From positions 12,781,081 to 12,845,080 of the forward strand of contig CM119267.1 in the NCBI GenBank assembly GCA_051294375.1: a stretch of 64,000 nt of DNA. The letters are read 5' to 3'. The notes under the pieces are model-generated. The model did not search any database. It was not told the origin of the DNA and saw only the letters and a list, made by a program, of their open reading frames with translations. Position numbers and translations under genes: made by a program. Below are positions 1 to 13,659 of this stretch, in pieces; the stretch's first letter is position 1, and each line of letters starts with the position of its first letter. The stretch comes from Paraspadella gotoi (taxonomy: Eukaryota; Animalia; Chaetognatha).

Positions 1-635
1 GTTATCTTGATGATGATCGAGGCTCAAGGTGTTGTTAGAAGTGTCGGAGGTAGTTTGGTTGTCTGACGGGCGAGGTTACACGATCTATTTCGAGACGTTT
101 GTATATCGTTTGTGGACCGTATTTCCTTTCCAGAGGGCTGCGGCCGCGGAAACGTTCGGACTTGACGGAAAGGTTGGGAGAAGATGCGAAATGCGAGACT
201 CGCGGTTGTCCGCCAGGTTGCGATCTTTAGTCGGGTTCACCATTTTAGAAACCCTCGTCACAAAGAATTGAGTCGTTGATTCGATTAAATTAATTTTAAA
301 ATAAGTACTTAAAAAGTCAATAACAAAGGCAAAAAGATTTTACATTTCAACAATGTATTACAAATATTAAAATGGCTTATTGACTTTTACATTCGCCGAC
401 CGGGATTTTGCGGTCGGTTATTTTTTTTTTTGCTTTTTATGAGTGACGTATGGAAATCTCGCTACTCAAAATTAAAAAAAGGACACTGGTAAGTGTGGAA
501 AAATTTATTATTACCAATTCCTAACCATCCCTAACCCTAACCACCCCTAATCACTAAGCGTTTAAAAAATATAATATAAATTATTGTTTTTCCTTTCATT
601 TCTTTTCCTTGTTTGTTAAGTTTTATTAAGAAACA

Positions 636-685
636 AATTTCTGACTTGTTTCGGCTTCAATGTAAACCTTCATCAGCGCAAAAAC
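636..685 (-). ncRNA. Minimal type-I hammerhead ribozyme-like motif
   Basis: Minus strand reads TTTTGCG-CTGATGA-A-GGTTT-ACATTG-AAGCC-GAAAC-AA-GTC-AG. CUGAUGA and GAAAC cores are intact, helix II has 5 bp, the triplet is GUC. Helix I is weak. Confidence 0.6.
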
Positions 686-782
686 GAATTGATTTGTGAA
701 ACAAATATTTTTACAAATTTTATAGTTTGAGGAAAGAATGAGTGAGAGAAAGAGTCTATAAAATATTTGTTTAACAAATCTG

Positions 783-830
783 TTTTTGCGCTGATGAAAG
801 CGTACATTGAAGCTGAAACATGTCCAAAAT
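783..830 (+). ncRNA. Minimal type-I hammerhead ribozyme-like motif (inverted partner of 636-685)
   Basis: TTTTGCG-CTGATGA-A-AGC..GCT-GAAAC-AT-GTC-CAAAA. Palindromic ACATGT helix III of the kind described for Penelope-associated hammerheads. Confidence 0.6.
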
Positions 831-2647
831 TTATGTTTCTTTATAAAACTCGTACGTAAACAATTCATTTTCTACCTCAAACATAAAAATAGCAATTAAA
901 ATAAATTTAAAAAATCATTTATTATAAAATTATAAAATTGATATTACTGAACAAAAAAAAATGTATATTATTTCGCAAACTGAGACCTGACGCTAGAGGG
1001 TAAACAAAATTAAATCGATTAATAAAGCACCGACCGGTGGCAGCTAAAGATGGTTACGGACGTCGAATAGTAAAATTACCCGGACATTGATTAAAAAAAG
1101 AAAAACTTGATTTTAGTTCTTGGCTTGAAATCGAATGAGAAAAACTTTTTTAAAAAAATAACCAGCAGCTTAGTACATCTTAAATTGTACTATTAAAATA
1201 TGTGGTATGATAGCGCTATACCGAAAAACCAATTCTTCTCTTGTTGTTATGAACGAAGATTCTGTTCGTCACAATGATAATTTATAATTTAATAATATTG
1301 ATATCAAAAATAATGATCTACATACATGGTAGTTCTGCCCTGCAGTGGTATCTAAATAATTTTACTAACATTGTTACCAGAACTTTAATTCCTCATGATA
1401 AAAAATAAATTATGGTAGTTGTAATGAGATAGCTCCCACTTGTTAGGCTCAATACGGAGAGAAGAAGTAAAACAAGTATTTTTTCATTTTCAGAAATTTT
1501 TTATCACGTCCTCCCAAACAATATTACTTGTTTCTTATGACCATTTTTTTATTTTATACAAAATAACATTTTCTGCCTTCATGTTTTAAGTCATAATTTA
1601 TTTATTTATTTAGGGGTGCCAATTTCTCCCTTTTTCCGCTCAATTTTTCGGTTTTTTCGATAGAATCAATTCATAATTTATAGAATATTTAAAAATTTTA
1701 TGATATCAATATTTTATGTTTTAAATCATTAAATCTATGCAATATTACTTTAATTTTAGCAATAATAATTTACAAATTATTAATTGAAACTGACTTTTTA
1801 ATTTCATATACTGTTAATTTTTTTGCATTTTTTGACTTTTGGTCCTATTATAAACTGGCTAGGACGGGAAAACTGGCCTATCGAATTTTAGTTTTTTAAT
1901 AATCCTCTAGTTAATAAGTTTATATCTAAGTCAAAAAATCAAGAGGGCTCGAAGTGAGATTTTTCATGTTTTGTATTTATACTCCGCGCTAGTGCCCATA
2001 GATGACGAACTTTCATCGCAAAAATTTGATGTCGTTTTCAAGTTGGCAGAGACTTAACGAACGTTAGTCCAAATTTGCATATCCATCAGTGACACAAAAA
2101 AAACCCATTTTATGTTGTTTTGCGATGACGTTTTCTCATTTCTTCAAAAACTATAGCCAGAAGTTAGACCATTTTTTATAAAGTTTTATGTAAATCTTTA
2201 GAGGGAATACCCTATTTTAAGGTTTTCGAGGTGAAAGGAGAGAGAAACAATATCCATGCATCAAAAAGTTAATCAGATTTATAATTTTCTTTTTTTTTCC
2301 TTAAAAAACCCTTAATCCAGCAATAAAAAAATTATCATTTATACCATAATGTTAAATCCTTTCTTTTGTCGCGTTTTTTGAATTAGAAAGAGTTTGAAGT
2401 AGTTCAAGCAACGATTTTTCTTTAAATAGTGAAAATGTTTTTTTTCAATATCTATCTCTCTCTCTCTGGCCTAAACCTAACCTTCTTATCTCGACCTCTA
2501 TCCTTTTCTCAAATCTTTGTTGAAATTTTCTCTCTCTTTCTCTCTCTCTCTCTTCCTTACTCTCACCTAATTCTCACTCTCTCGTCCTTTCTCTCCTCGC
2601 TCTCCCAAATATTTCTTGTGAAGTAAAAAACTGTTAACAATTCATAA

Positions 2648-2687
2648 ATGTGGATGAAGACTTAAATTAAAGTTGAAACATGTTCAC
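2648..2687 (+). ncRNA. Degenerate hammerhead-like motif
   Basis: GTG-[CT missing]GATGA-A-GACTT-AAATTA-AAGTT-GAAAC-AT-GTT-CAC. GTG/CAC could form helix I. It follows a (TC)n tract like the other copies. Confidence 0.45.
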
Positions 2688-5528
2688 TGTTTAAAATCTG
2701 ATACGAATATAAGATCAGTTTTAATAAGCTGTATAAACTTTATTAATTAGTTTTTTTCTATTTAGTTTCATTTAACTTTAGTCCAAGGTTTTAGAAGTAA
2801 GATGACTGTTATTCAAACCTTGAGTATATCATATCAAGTTTCATTATAATAAATAATACAGCATATAAAATCATTAAATATTTTATTGTTTTGACAAGAA
2901 ATAAACAAATAATTAGTATTAAGCAATTCATAGTAGAATTTACAAGTTCATTTTTATTACTTTCATGCTAATATTATGATTCTTATGAACAAATCATTTT
3001 TTCAGGGCAGTTCTTTTGTATGTTGCTTCTCTTCTCTTTCTCTCTCTCCTCTACCTGACTTTTTCTGGAACAATTTACTTTAAACTCTGGACTGCCTTTA
3101 AAAATGATTAGTTCATAAGAAATCAAAATGTTGGCAAAAAAGTAAGAAAATTATACTTATAAATCCCACTACGAATGGCTTAATATTAAATATTTTTTTA
3201 TTCCTTGTCAAAAAAAGTTTATATGCTTTATACTAAATCCTTATCTCCTGTGCATATGATGTCTCTTTAACAATGAATAAAAAAATAATATTATTCTGAA
3301 TTTTAACAGTTACTAAGAAACAATTTTTTTTATTTTGTCTATTTAGAGCTATGATAGTTTTTTATGATATATATGATAATTCTTTGTGATGCAACTATCA
3401 TATGACAATAAAAAACTATTATATTTATAGTAGATCAAAAACTATTAATATTGCGTATTTTATCAGTTTTTGAGCATCATTTCCGGTTTTGGACACGCCC
3501 ACTTTGGGTAAGAACCTTTTTTTTAAAAGAAATTTCAAAGTAAAACTTATTAAATAATAAGAGTAACTTAAAATTTAGACAATTATTATTTTTATAAAAC
3601 TATTTTCTTATCTCGCTATTAAAGAAAAGAGAAAAATCCATGTTGTAGTCAACGTCAACTTCCGGTCAATTGTGCGTAGGTCTAACGCAAAATCTGCTTG
3701 AGGACACCTTGTTAATCGTTTTAAGCACTTAAAATTATACTAGAAACTGTACAAGATTGTGAAAATTTTCGACTGCATGGTTAAAAAAAACCAGTGTAAT
3801 ATATATAATATATATGCAAATACATACATTTTCTTACAAATTAAATTCTTACATGAAAAACTTTTTATTCTATTTTGTTATCAAAAAAATAATTAATTCT
3901 TCTTTTTCTATCCTTTTCTTTCCCTCTTTAGAACGAACAAAGAAGCAAATGAAATAAAACCGAATGAATAAAAAAAAAATTAAAAAAAAATTATTAAAAA
4001 CAATTTAAGAATTAAAAATAGAAGGAAGGAATCTTAAAAAAGACATTAAGGCTAATTAAAAATATCCTTCAATGATGATATACTTTTTAATAAAACGAAA
4101 AAATATATTTATTAATCCATAAATATTTTGATCAATAGCTCAATCAATAAACCATTCAATCAATAAACTAATATTCATATTTTATATTTATAATTATGGT
4201 CATGATTTAATGTATCTGCGTTGGGCCGCGCGGTTCTCCTTCGCGTTTTGGATCGCAAAATGTGAGCTTCTTCCCTGTGGCCCTGGATTTGCTTGCCTTA
4301 ACCAATCGACGACGAGAGTTTCGAGAAGATACTTTTTACTTTTTTTTCCCGCGAAATTAGCGCGAGGTCGACAAGGAAACGCGTTGGCCGGGGCTTAAAC
4401 GTATCTAAAACAAGCGTTTTTACAATTGCATAATGGTTTTATATTGATGCACGAATTTTATCCTGTTTTAGCTTGTTTTTAATTATGTTTTTATCCTGTT
4501 TTTTTTAAGTTTTAGGCAGCGCAAGATTAAACAGTTTATGAAAGACTAACAACAAGAAAAATGAGGAAGAGAAAGAGAGAACGAGAAAACTTAATATAAA
4601 ATTAGAATTACATTGTACTTTTTCTTTCTTTGACTTTTTTATATTTGTATTATAATTAATTCAAAAGAAAAAACTTGTATGCAAGATTTATTATGATGTA
4701 TTATTTGATTAGCTGATAAGCTCAATTAATATGGTAATTTCAAGATTGCTAAAACCAATTTTTCTTTTACCAACTTCATCTATCTGAAATAGAAGATAAA
4801 GAAAATTCAGGAGCCAGAGTTAAAGAGAAAATTACTATTAAATACTTTAGTTTGACTTAAATAATAATATTTTAAATTTAAAGTTAGATTATAAAATTAA
4901 CCGATTTTAACGGTTAACCATTAAAAATGTTAGTTTTAACGGTTAAGCGAATTTCCTGAAATATTAACGGTTAACGAAAATCTTACAATGGTTGATATTT
5001 TATTTATCCTTAAAAAAAATAAAAATTAAAAAAATTATGATTCAAAAATTTCCTTGCTTAATTAAGAAAACCTTTTCTTTACCTAGGTAATTTGAGTGAC
5101 ACTTTGCTCAGCTAATCAGGCAAAATATTACCTAATTTCACCCTTAAGTTGCCATTTATTCCGTCTGCGTCTTCTTCGTCGTCGTCGCTCTCAATGACGC
5201 CATCTTTAGGACGCGGCTCTCGTCTCGTCTCGCTAAAACTTCGTATTTCTATGCAAATTTAATCTCTGGATTCCGGGTTGCATAGGGGTTTTTTATTTGT
5301 CGGTTTTTGTTATTTTCTTTTTTAACGAGTTTCGGGTGCCGCCTTGTCAAAAACGGTTTTTTTTTTAAACATTAACATCGAACGATTTTTTTTTCAATCT
5401 TGAATTATAATTGTCTTTTTCAAATTTTTTTGACCATGAATTCCAGAAAGTGTAACTTTACCAATGGCAAATAACGACTTAATTTTTTCTGGCAATTTAA
5501 ACGAAAACATGCCTCAGACTAAATTAAG

Positions 5529-5701
5529 TATGGTGGACTAAAATCAACCAACCGTTCATCAGCGGCCATTGGTGCCGGAGGCAAGTCATTCGCCTCCCAA
5601 CCCAAAGGTCTGGGGTTCTAGCCGCCTAGCGCTTAGACTAGCGCTTAACCCTCCTGTAACACGGTGTTACAGCCTGATCCGAAGCTCATCGACTGCTTAT
5701 A
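5529..5701 (+). mobile_element. Structured tRNA-module repeat, copy 1 (internally deleted)
   Basis: Starts TATGGTGGACTAAAATC..AACCGTTCATCAGCGGCCATTGGTGCCGGAGG. Near-identical to 24962-25197 apart from an internal deletion. Confidence 0.8.
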
Positions 5702-5795
5702 CAAATTTGCTCAAAAAAAAGTTTATAAGTTATGATAAAAACATTTTATTTTGTTATTTGAAGGAAAATAGTATTTTTTAGGACTCAGTTAGTTA

Positions 5796-6140
5796 TTATG
5801 TTGTCAGACCACTATTTGCTTCCAGCACCACCTCCCTCCAATGAGGGAGAGAGTTGTAGGGGCTGCACAAATATGAAGGGTTCAGCTCCCCAAATTCATT
5901 TTAAATTTTTTTAGATTTTGTTGACTGTCATGGCGTTATATTGCAAAATATCCCTTTTCATCCTTGACCAAACATTTTCGATGAAGTTGCAGTCAGGTGA
6001 GTTTCCGGGCCAACTTTGAGCACCTCGATCTTATTTTCCTCATGACATTTTTGAGTGGTTTTAGCTTTGTATCCAAGAGCTCTATCCTCCATAAAAAGCC
6101 GCCCATTTACTGTTGAATGACTGGCAACACTTCCTCTTCT
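5796..6140 (-). pseudogene. Tc1/mariner (DD34E-type) transposase, C-terminal fragment
   Basis: Minus-strand translation with a frameshift gives FMEDRALGYKAKTTQKCHEENKIEVLK..WPGNSPDCNFIENVWSRMKRDI..VVLEANSGLTT*, matching the Tc1 motif WPxxSPDLNPIENxW. Confidence 0.88.
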
Positions 6141-7535
6141 CTCTATTTTTTTCCCAACTGGCTTGCAGAAGCCTTACAATCTTGAATTGCGAGACGATCC
6201 ACGTCATCGTTCTCACTCTCCGTGGATATTAAGGCGGAAAAAGGTAAAAACTAAGAGTTCTGTAATATAAATAATGTTAAAGCATCCCTGTGGGATAACG
6301 AAATTTAAAAAAAAATAAGATTTTATGTATAGTTAATAACATAAAAGCATTTAAAGTTTATCGTATTATACTATAAATCATGAAAATTTTATATTTCAAA
6401 TTAAGAATTTTTAAAAACGGATTCGGGAAGAGCTTGCAAAAATAAAAAATATTATTACAAGAATTCCAAATTTTTATGTTTTATTGGTTAAAATTAGCAA
6501 AAACTATAAAAATTATGGTATGATAATGACGATGATTTTTAAGGGTTTTTCCCTTATTTGACCCACTTATCATAGAACAAGTTTGAGCAAACAATGTCGG
6601 ATCTGCCTACGATAATTAAGCGGTAATCAGCTAATCAGATGATAAATCACAATTTTTTTTTAACTCACATCATTTTTTCAACTCGCATCATTCTTTTTTT
6701 CTGGCTGCCTCTGCTGATGCCGCTTTTAATTTGTCCTAAAAGTCTCTTTCTTTCTTTTTCTTTCTTTCTTTCTTTCTCTCTCTCTTTCTTTCTCTCTCTC
6801 TCTCTCTGCGTTTTTATTATGGTAGTATGGTGATTTTTTATTTTTATTAAGAAAATTGTTTTTCTTGTGCTATCATGTTGCAGACATCGTTAGCTTTTAT
6901 ATGATACCTCACATGATGCATTAAAATTATTTTATGATAGCATTATGCCAGGCCTGGTAGACACAGCTAAATCTTAAAATTTAAAAATCTGATAATACAG
7001 TCTTTTAGCCCTCTGTCAGTAGTTTTAAAATCAGGGAGAACAAAGTTTGAACTCTTAAATTATCATATTTAAATCATATGTTTTTTAAGGTTCCTACATG
7101 AATTTTTAAATTTTTTTTGTTTTCAACAAAATTATAATCATTATCCTTAGTAATTATATAAACATTTGAGGTATAGACAATTTTTTTTTATATCAGAAAC
7201 ATAATTCAATCTTTTCTTTTTCAGAATCTATATTTATTTATTTTTTTAAATGTGGCCAAGTATATTTAATTTAATTCCAAAAGTTGTTATACTTTTGACT
7301 AAGATTCCGATCAAGATTTTTTAAAAATCCTTTGAAACATTTAAAAAAAATATATGGAAAAGATGCCCCATAATTGTGGCTTTAATATGATACCAGTCTC
7401 ATCGTTCTATCATTTTTGTTTCAAAAATCAAAGAAAATCAATTTTTTTATTACCAATTAAGTGACTCGGCCGAAGCTAAACATTTAAGTGGAACCAAACC
7501 AAACAACTTGCTTTTAAGGCATATTGCGTCTATGC

Positions 7536-8751
7536 TAGAGCGTTGAAAAATAACAAAATATAACAAATCAAGTGAGGTACATAGCTTTTTTAGTATAATG
7601 TAGTCTGTAGAATTCGATGGTGATGACCATCTTTTTGTATAATTTTATCTTTCTTGTCGGAAATGACGGTTTTTAATGTATATAAAATTGTTATAAAATA
7701 GCAAAACCATTATAAGTTATAAGAAATCAAATTATTAAAATTTTAGAAAAATTTATATGAGCTTTTGAAATATAAAAATAAAGACTTATAAAAATATTTT
7801 GGTAAGTTTATTTCTAAATTTTATGTTTTATAAAAAGTTAGTTATTTATTAATAATTATGAGTAAAAATTAGGTTAAAGTTAAAAAATAATAATTTCAAA
7901 ATTTTTTTTATGGATTTGCATTCATTGCAAAAAGTTGATATTGAAGATACAGTGATTATTGTTATATGTTAGTAACAGAACCGTTCAATATAAGCAGTCC
8001 CTGAGCTTCGGATCAGACTGTAACACCAAGTTACAGGCGGGTTAAGCGCCCCGTCCCTCTTAACTGCCAGACGACCACCGGGCTAGAACCCCGGACCTTT
8101 GGGTTGGGAGGTGAATGACTTGCCTCCGGCACCAATGGCCGCTGATGAACGGTTGGTGGATTTTAGTCCACCATAATATAAGAAAATATAATTTTTATAT
8201 CAAAATTATGTCATTAAGTTGGTCAAAATTCAGAAAAACTATAATTTTAAGCCAAAAATTAAAAAATTAAACAAAAATAATAGTTTTTAATATTTTTAAC
8301 CTAAATAATGAAAGAATTTTTTCAAATGGATTATACTTTCTTATATCAACTTTTTGTAAGGAATTCAAATCCGGTTTTAAAATTTTAATTTTTTTATTTT
8401 TTCACTTTAGCTTTTTTTTATTATTTATTAATAAATATAGCTAACAAACTATTAATAAAATATAAAATTTGTAAATAAACTTACCAAAATATTTATATGG
8501 GTCTTTATTTTCATATTATGTAAGTTAAATATGGCTTTTATAAAATCTTAATAATTTGAGTTTCTTATACTCTCCAATGTTTGCTCCATTTTAATAGCAC
8601 CTTATATGTTACAAAAATCGACATTTCCGACAAAGAAGATGAGACTATACAAAAAAATGGTTATCATCATCGAATTCTACAGACTTTATTACACTAAAAT
8701 AGCTATATACCTCACTTGATTTGTTATATTTCGTTATTTTTTAACGCCCTA
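7536..8751. mobile_element. hAT-type fold-back MITE
   Basis: Long TIRs TAGAGCGTTGAAAAATAAC../..GTTATTTTTTAACGCCCTA with exact 8-bp TSD GTCTATGC (7528-7535, 8752-8759). A paralogous empty site lies at ~26785-26810. Confidence 0.9.
7943..8175 (-). mobile_element. Structured tRNA-module repeat, copy 2 (inserted in the hAT MITE)
   Basis: Reverse complement of 24962-25197 including the tail. It interrupts one arm of the palindromic MITE. Confidence 0.85.
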
Positions 8752-10100
8752 GTCTATGCGCATCTATGTAAGTAAATTTTAACAAGTTTGAGCAAACAAT
8801 GTCGGATCTGCCTACGAAAATTAATTAATTAATTAATTAATCGATTAATTTAATTAATTAATTTTAATATTTAATAATTAATTATAAATTTATATGCAGT
8901 TTATCATCATCGATGTCCTTAAAAGTAAATGTGACTTATATTTTTTCCATTTAAACTCATTTCCACTGGCACAATTCCGTCAAAACTTTATATCTAGCTT
9001 CTTCACAAACTTTTCTTCCCGCTCACAAAATTTCATCTCAATCTATTATGGGTTAAAATAAGTAAAAAGAGTCAAGTAAATGTGACTCATATTTTTTTCA
9101 TTTAAACTCATTTCCACTCGTACCGAAACTTTATATCAAGCTTCGTCACACATTTTCCTACGCACTCAAAAAATTTGAACTCAATCTATCCATCCAATTA
9201 TGATTAATTAGAGTATTTATTGGTTAAAATAAGTAAAAAGATTTTAGTAAATGCGACTTATGTTTTTTCCATTTAAACTCATATCCACTCACACGATTCC
9301 GTCGAAACTTTATATCCAGGTACATCACACATGTTCCTACCCATACACAAAATTTCATTCCGATCCAACCAGCTAATCACGAGTTATTGGGGCTTTTTGC
9401 TGAGGTGGGACGGATGGACGGATTGATTGACTGATTAATTAATTAGTGATTAATGAATTGACTAATTGATTAATTATTTGATTTATTAATACATCCTGCC
9501 TATACATTTAATATAAAAAAAAATCATAATCAATTAGTGAAACAGGTTTTTTGTTTTTTTCCATTTAAACTCATTTCCACTCAAACTATTCCATCGAAAC
9601 TTGGTTTCCTGTTCAATCACACACTTTCATACTCACATACAAAATTCCAGGTCAATCGCCCCATCAACTCATGAACAATTGATGTTCAAATAGTGAATTA
9701 TATTTTTTTTCCATTTAAACTCATTTCCCCTCGGACGATTCCATCTAAACTTTATATCCAGCTCGAGCACATACTTCCCTACCCACACACAAAATTTCAT
9801 TCAAATCCATCCATCCAATCACGAGTAATTGGTGTTTTTGCTAAGGTGGGACGGACGGACATCATTTTTTTTGCATAATTTATCATAATTCGATGTTCTG
9901 ACATGATATAAGATTGTGCCCGATAATATTGAGGGGGCGGACCGACGGACCGACAAAGTGAATTATATATATATTGAAAAACGCATTATACTTTGTATAG
10001 ATAACTTTTTATGGGCTATCTGAAACCGTTCTAAAAAAATAAAATTTAAAAAAAATGAATTTTATATGACAGAAGTTCTAATGATAAAAAGGGATCAAAT

Positions 10101-10308
10101 TTAACCCGCCTTAGTGGATATGCGAGGCTGCCTGCTTCCAACAGCTCGTCCAAAGTGTCCAGTTGCTTCAAATTTGTTGACTACTCTGCAGATAGTTGTT
10201 AGAGGGAAATGAAACTGTCTGGCGATCCTATATCTTGACAAACCCCCCTTCCAAAGCTCAAATATTGCAGCTTTCTTTTTGGGGATCAGCTGTTTTGAAG
10301 TTTCCATG
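10101..10308 (-). pseudogene. Tc1-like transposase, N-terminal paired-like HTH fragment
   Basis: METSKQLIPKKKAAIFELWKGGLSRYRIARQFHFPLTTICRVVNKFEATGHFGRAVGSRQPRIST: HTH pattern plus a GRPR-like linker. Same strand as, and upstream of, the C-terminal fragment. Confidence 0.8.
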
Positions 10309-10547
10309 GCAAAAACAACATAAAAAAACAAAAAACAAAGATGGATAAAAATTTTTTTTCCGCAAAAAAAATACAATTGTAAGACAAAATTTTTATCCTT
10401 TTTTATTTTAGCACAGCTTCTATAATATTTAGCCTAAAAACCTCGTCATGGGTTCGGATAAAAGATATTTGTCTTGGCTTTCAAATGAACCCAAATTTTC
10501 ATTAATAGGATGACAGACAAGTGAGATAGGATGTTCAAAGTTTAAAC

Positions 10548-13130
10548 TTTTTATCGAGCCATGACCGGCGAGGCCGGTTCAGGCTCTATAATGTTTTAGA
10601 TTTGCTTCTTTGTGACGTCGTCGTCGGCGTCACGCTATTTTTATAAAAACTACTACGCTTTTATAGGTTTGGATGGGACTTACCGTTTTTTTTTAAATAA
10701 AAATTATTATGAATTATGATAAAGTTTTACAAAAGTGTGCGATCATAGTAAGTTAAAAATTTAGATATGGCTTCTCATCTTGAAATAGCTTCGATATTTT
10801 CGTATTACATTTGGATTTAAGTATTTTTTGTTTGAATTTCCACTTCATTATGATTTACTGCAATATGCAAATGAGATTATAGTATTCATTATAATATCAA
10901 AATTAGTATATAGAATAGCTTTAATCTAATTTACATATTGCAGTATATAATATTGGAGATGAAATTCAAAAAAATTTTTAAATCTAGTAATAAAAATGGG
11001 AAACTCAAAATAACTTTTTAATGAGAAGCTATATCTTAATTTTAATCCAAATAAAAATAAAATCTTACAAGCTGCGATTTGGAAAAAAATTGGGAAAATT
11101 TCCAATTGTAAGCAATTGTAACATATTTTTGCCTTTTCTTTTATTTCTTTATTATATATATAATTTTTTCATTTTTTTAATACTTATAATGACGTTTTAT
11201 AAAAATAAACCATGACGTTTTACGTTTTTCGTTTTCATTTTACGCATTAAACACTTTTATACTAGACATTTTTTGTTTTTACTTTAAACACTTTTTTTAC
11301 TTTTTCCGGTTTTACGATTATAAAAATTATTTTCAAAAAATCCTAGTTTTGCCCTTTACTTTAACATTTAATTATCACATTTTAGGTATATTTCTTTATG
11401 CTTTATATTTTTTCTTTTGCGTTCTTTTTTTCGTTAATTTTGTTTTTGTTTTTCTTTTAATAACGTTGTTTTCGTTTATGCTTTATATTTTTGTTTTTGT
11501 TTTGTTTTTGTCTTGAGTCCATTTAAACGTTTTGTCTCTTTGTTTTTTGATGTTTTTTTTTGTTTTATAAAATTTGAAATTTTGAACGCTTCTTTGACGT
11601 TATATTTTATAGTTTCTTATGAATTAGTTCATACATTTTATTTATGAGTCAATTTTAAACGTTTGGTGTCTTTTTTTTTTCTGTTGAATTTTATTAGTTT
11701 TAGTTTTATTTGTTTACTGCTTAAAATAGAAAAAAAAAAAAAAAAAATTTTTAGAAAAGACGAGTTCAGGCTCTGGAGTGACTGTACAGCGGCCTTCCGC
11801 AGCTGTCAAGCTTTGTCTCTCTTTCTCTCTTTCTCTCTCTCTCTCTCTCTTAACGATCTCTTGCGTGTTCTGTTCGTTTTTTGAACATTTCTGAATTATT
11901 TTTTTCCTTCTAAAAATTTTATTATCGCCATTTATTCCGCTCTTTTTTTTTTCTATACAAAACCCAAATTTATTTCTGAGATTTTCGTGGATTTTTTTTG
12001 AGAAAATGTGAAGTATAACTTACTTGACCTGGATTTCGTGGCCGTTGCAGGCAACGGAGTAAACAATGTCAAGGAACATGACCTAAAAACGCGTTTTGAA
12101 TGGCACGGAAAACGTTACGTGGATTAAAGGATCAACTTGACCGAGATCCCCGCCGTTTGCAACAGGCAACGGATAACCGATATAATTGGAAAGAAATTCG
12201 GTTCTTTTTCTTTCTCTTCTCTCTCTCTCTCTCTCTGATTATTTTTTTCCTTTTAAAACTTTTTTTTATCACCATTTATTCCGCGCTTTTTTCTCTTTTC
12301 CTGGATTTCGTGGCCGTTGCGAGGCAACGAGTAAACAATGTCAAGAACATAACCATAAACGCCTTTTCGCCTATCCTCTCAATCTCTCTCTCTCTCTCTC
12401 ATCTATCCTCTCTCTCCTCTCTCTCTCTCTCTCCCGCCTCTTCTCTCTATTCTCTCTCTCTCTCTACTATTTCTTTTTTTACCAAACAAAATTTTTATTC
12501 ACTTTTTTTTCACCACCGTCACTAGGCGAAGAGTAAACGAGTAAACGAGTTCCGGCTCTCTCTCTCTCCTGCTCTGATCGTTCTTTTTTGAAAAATTATG
12601 ATTATGTTTTTCCTTCTAAAAACTTTTTTATCGCGATTTATTCGGGGCTTTTTTCTCAATACAAAATCCCAAATTTACATCCGAGATTTCGTGGATACAT
12701 TTTAAAAAAAGTGAAGAATAACTTATAATGATATGCATTGTCACATATAAATCAGCTAATATGACCTATTACATATGCAGCACTTTCGCAGAATAATATA
12801 ATGCATGCATCACATATTAAAAAAAGTTTGTTTTTTATTTATTATTTAACTTTGGACCGGTTGGCCCACTATTGGCAAATTATATCTAAAATAGGAGTTG
12901 ATAAGAGAATATAGTCAAAATGAACATTACTTTTTTGTTATTCTTGATAATTTGTACTTTATTAAATTTATAAATATTTTTTGTGCTATATATTTAATCA
13001 TTTTTATCTTTTTTTAAATAATAATTTTTGAGTTGTGTATAAAAATATTTTTATAAATTAAATAAATATGCAATATAAAATTTGCCTCGGTCTGGTTTCT
13101 TCCTAAAAAAAGAACAATCTTTTTCTCTCG

Positions 13131-13179
<49 letters not shown>

Positions 13180-13659
13180 TTTTTTTCCTTCTAAAAACTT
13201 TTATTATCGCCATTTATTCGCCGCTTTTTCTCATACAAATCCAAAATTTACATCCGAGATTTTCGTGGATTTTTATTTATTATTCTCTCTATATTTCTCC
13301 TCCTCAACTCAACCTCTCTTCTCTCTCTCCTCTCTCTTTTTCTCTCTCTCTAATTAACTCATCACGTCAATGAATGACTAGCATCGCATCAATGAAATTA
13401 CTATCATCGCATCAATGAATGACTATCATCGCATCAATGAATGATTATCATCTGATCAATGAAGGACTATCATTCGCATCAATGAATGACTATCATCGAC
13501 ATCCATCATTTGGTTATCATCGCATCAATCCTCTCGGTTATTCAACGCGATCATATATAGAGTATCATCTCCGCCCTCAATATTTGTTATGCATACGCAA
13601 TCAATATTTGGTTATCATCAAAAGCAGGCTCGTTCCCTATTGCTTTTAAGATTTTTTTT
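10548..13659 (+). mobile_element. DINE-1/HINE-like element, family 2
   Basis: 5' TTTTATCGAGCC followed by the hairpin GAGCC..ACCGGC-GAG-GCCGGT..GGCTC, a (GTC)n tract, 20-bp tandem repeats at 13370-13620, and a 3' sub-terminal IR CAGGCTCG ~30 bp before a T-run. Homologous pieces at 17505-18120, 26020-26640 and 53.3-60.5 kb. Confidence 0.65.
13370..13620. repeat. ~20-bp minisatellite (TCATCGCATCAATGAATGACTA-like)
   Basis: About 10 imperfect units. The same array occurs at 26390-26600. Confidence 0.85.

Larger units (their letters stand above)
6576..9975 (-). mobile_element. DINE-1/HINE-like element, family 1 (compound; second terminus at 8781)
   Basis: Terminus AACAAGTTTGAGCAAACAATGTCGGATCTGCCTACG at 6576 and 8781, GGAC/GACC microsatellite near 9850-9955. 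Shared with 15355, 35599, 37524 and 44536-45613. Confidence 0.7.

Noticed and set aside
4895-4978. Repeated TTAACGGTTAA motifs
   Set aside because: They resemble transposon sub-terminal repeats, but I could not locate matching TIRs or a TSD.
8138-8175. CTGATGA followed by a hairpin in the tRNA-module element as a hammerhead
   Set aside because: No GAAA core or helix III follows in any of the four copies.
11663-13357. ORFs rich in SLSLSL/ERERER here and at 17.4, 20.8, 27.2, 39.4-40.4 and 43.0 kb
   Set aside because: They are translations of (CT)/(GA) microsatellites, not genes.
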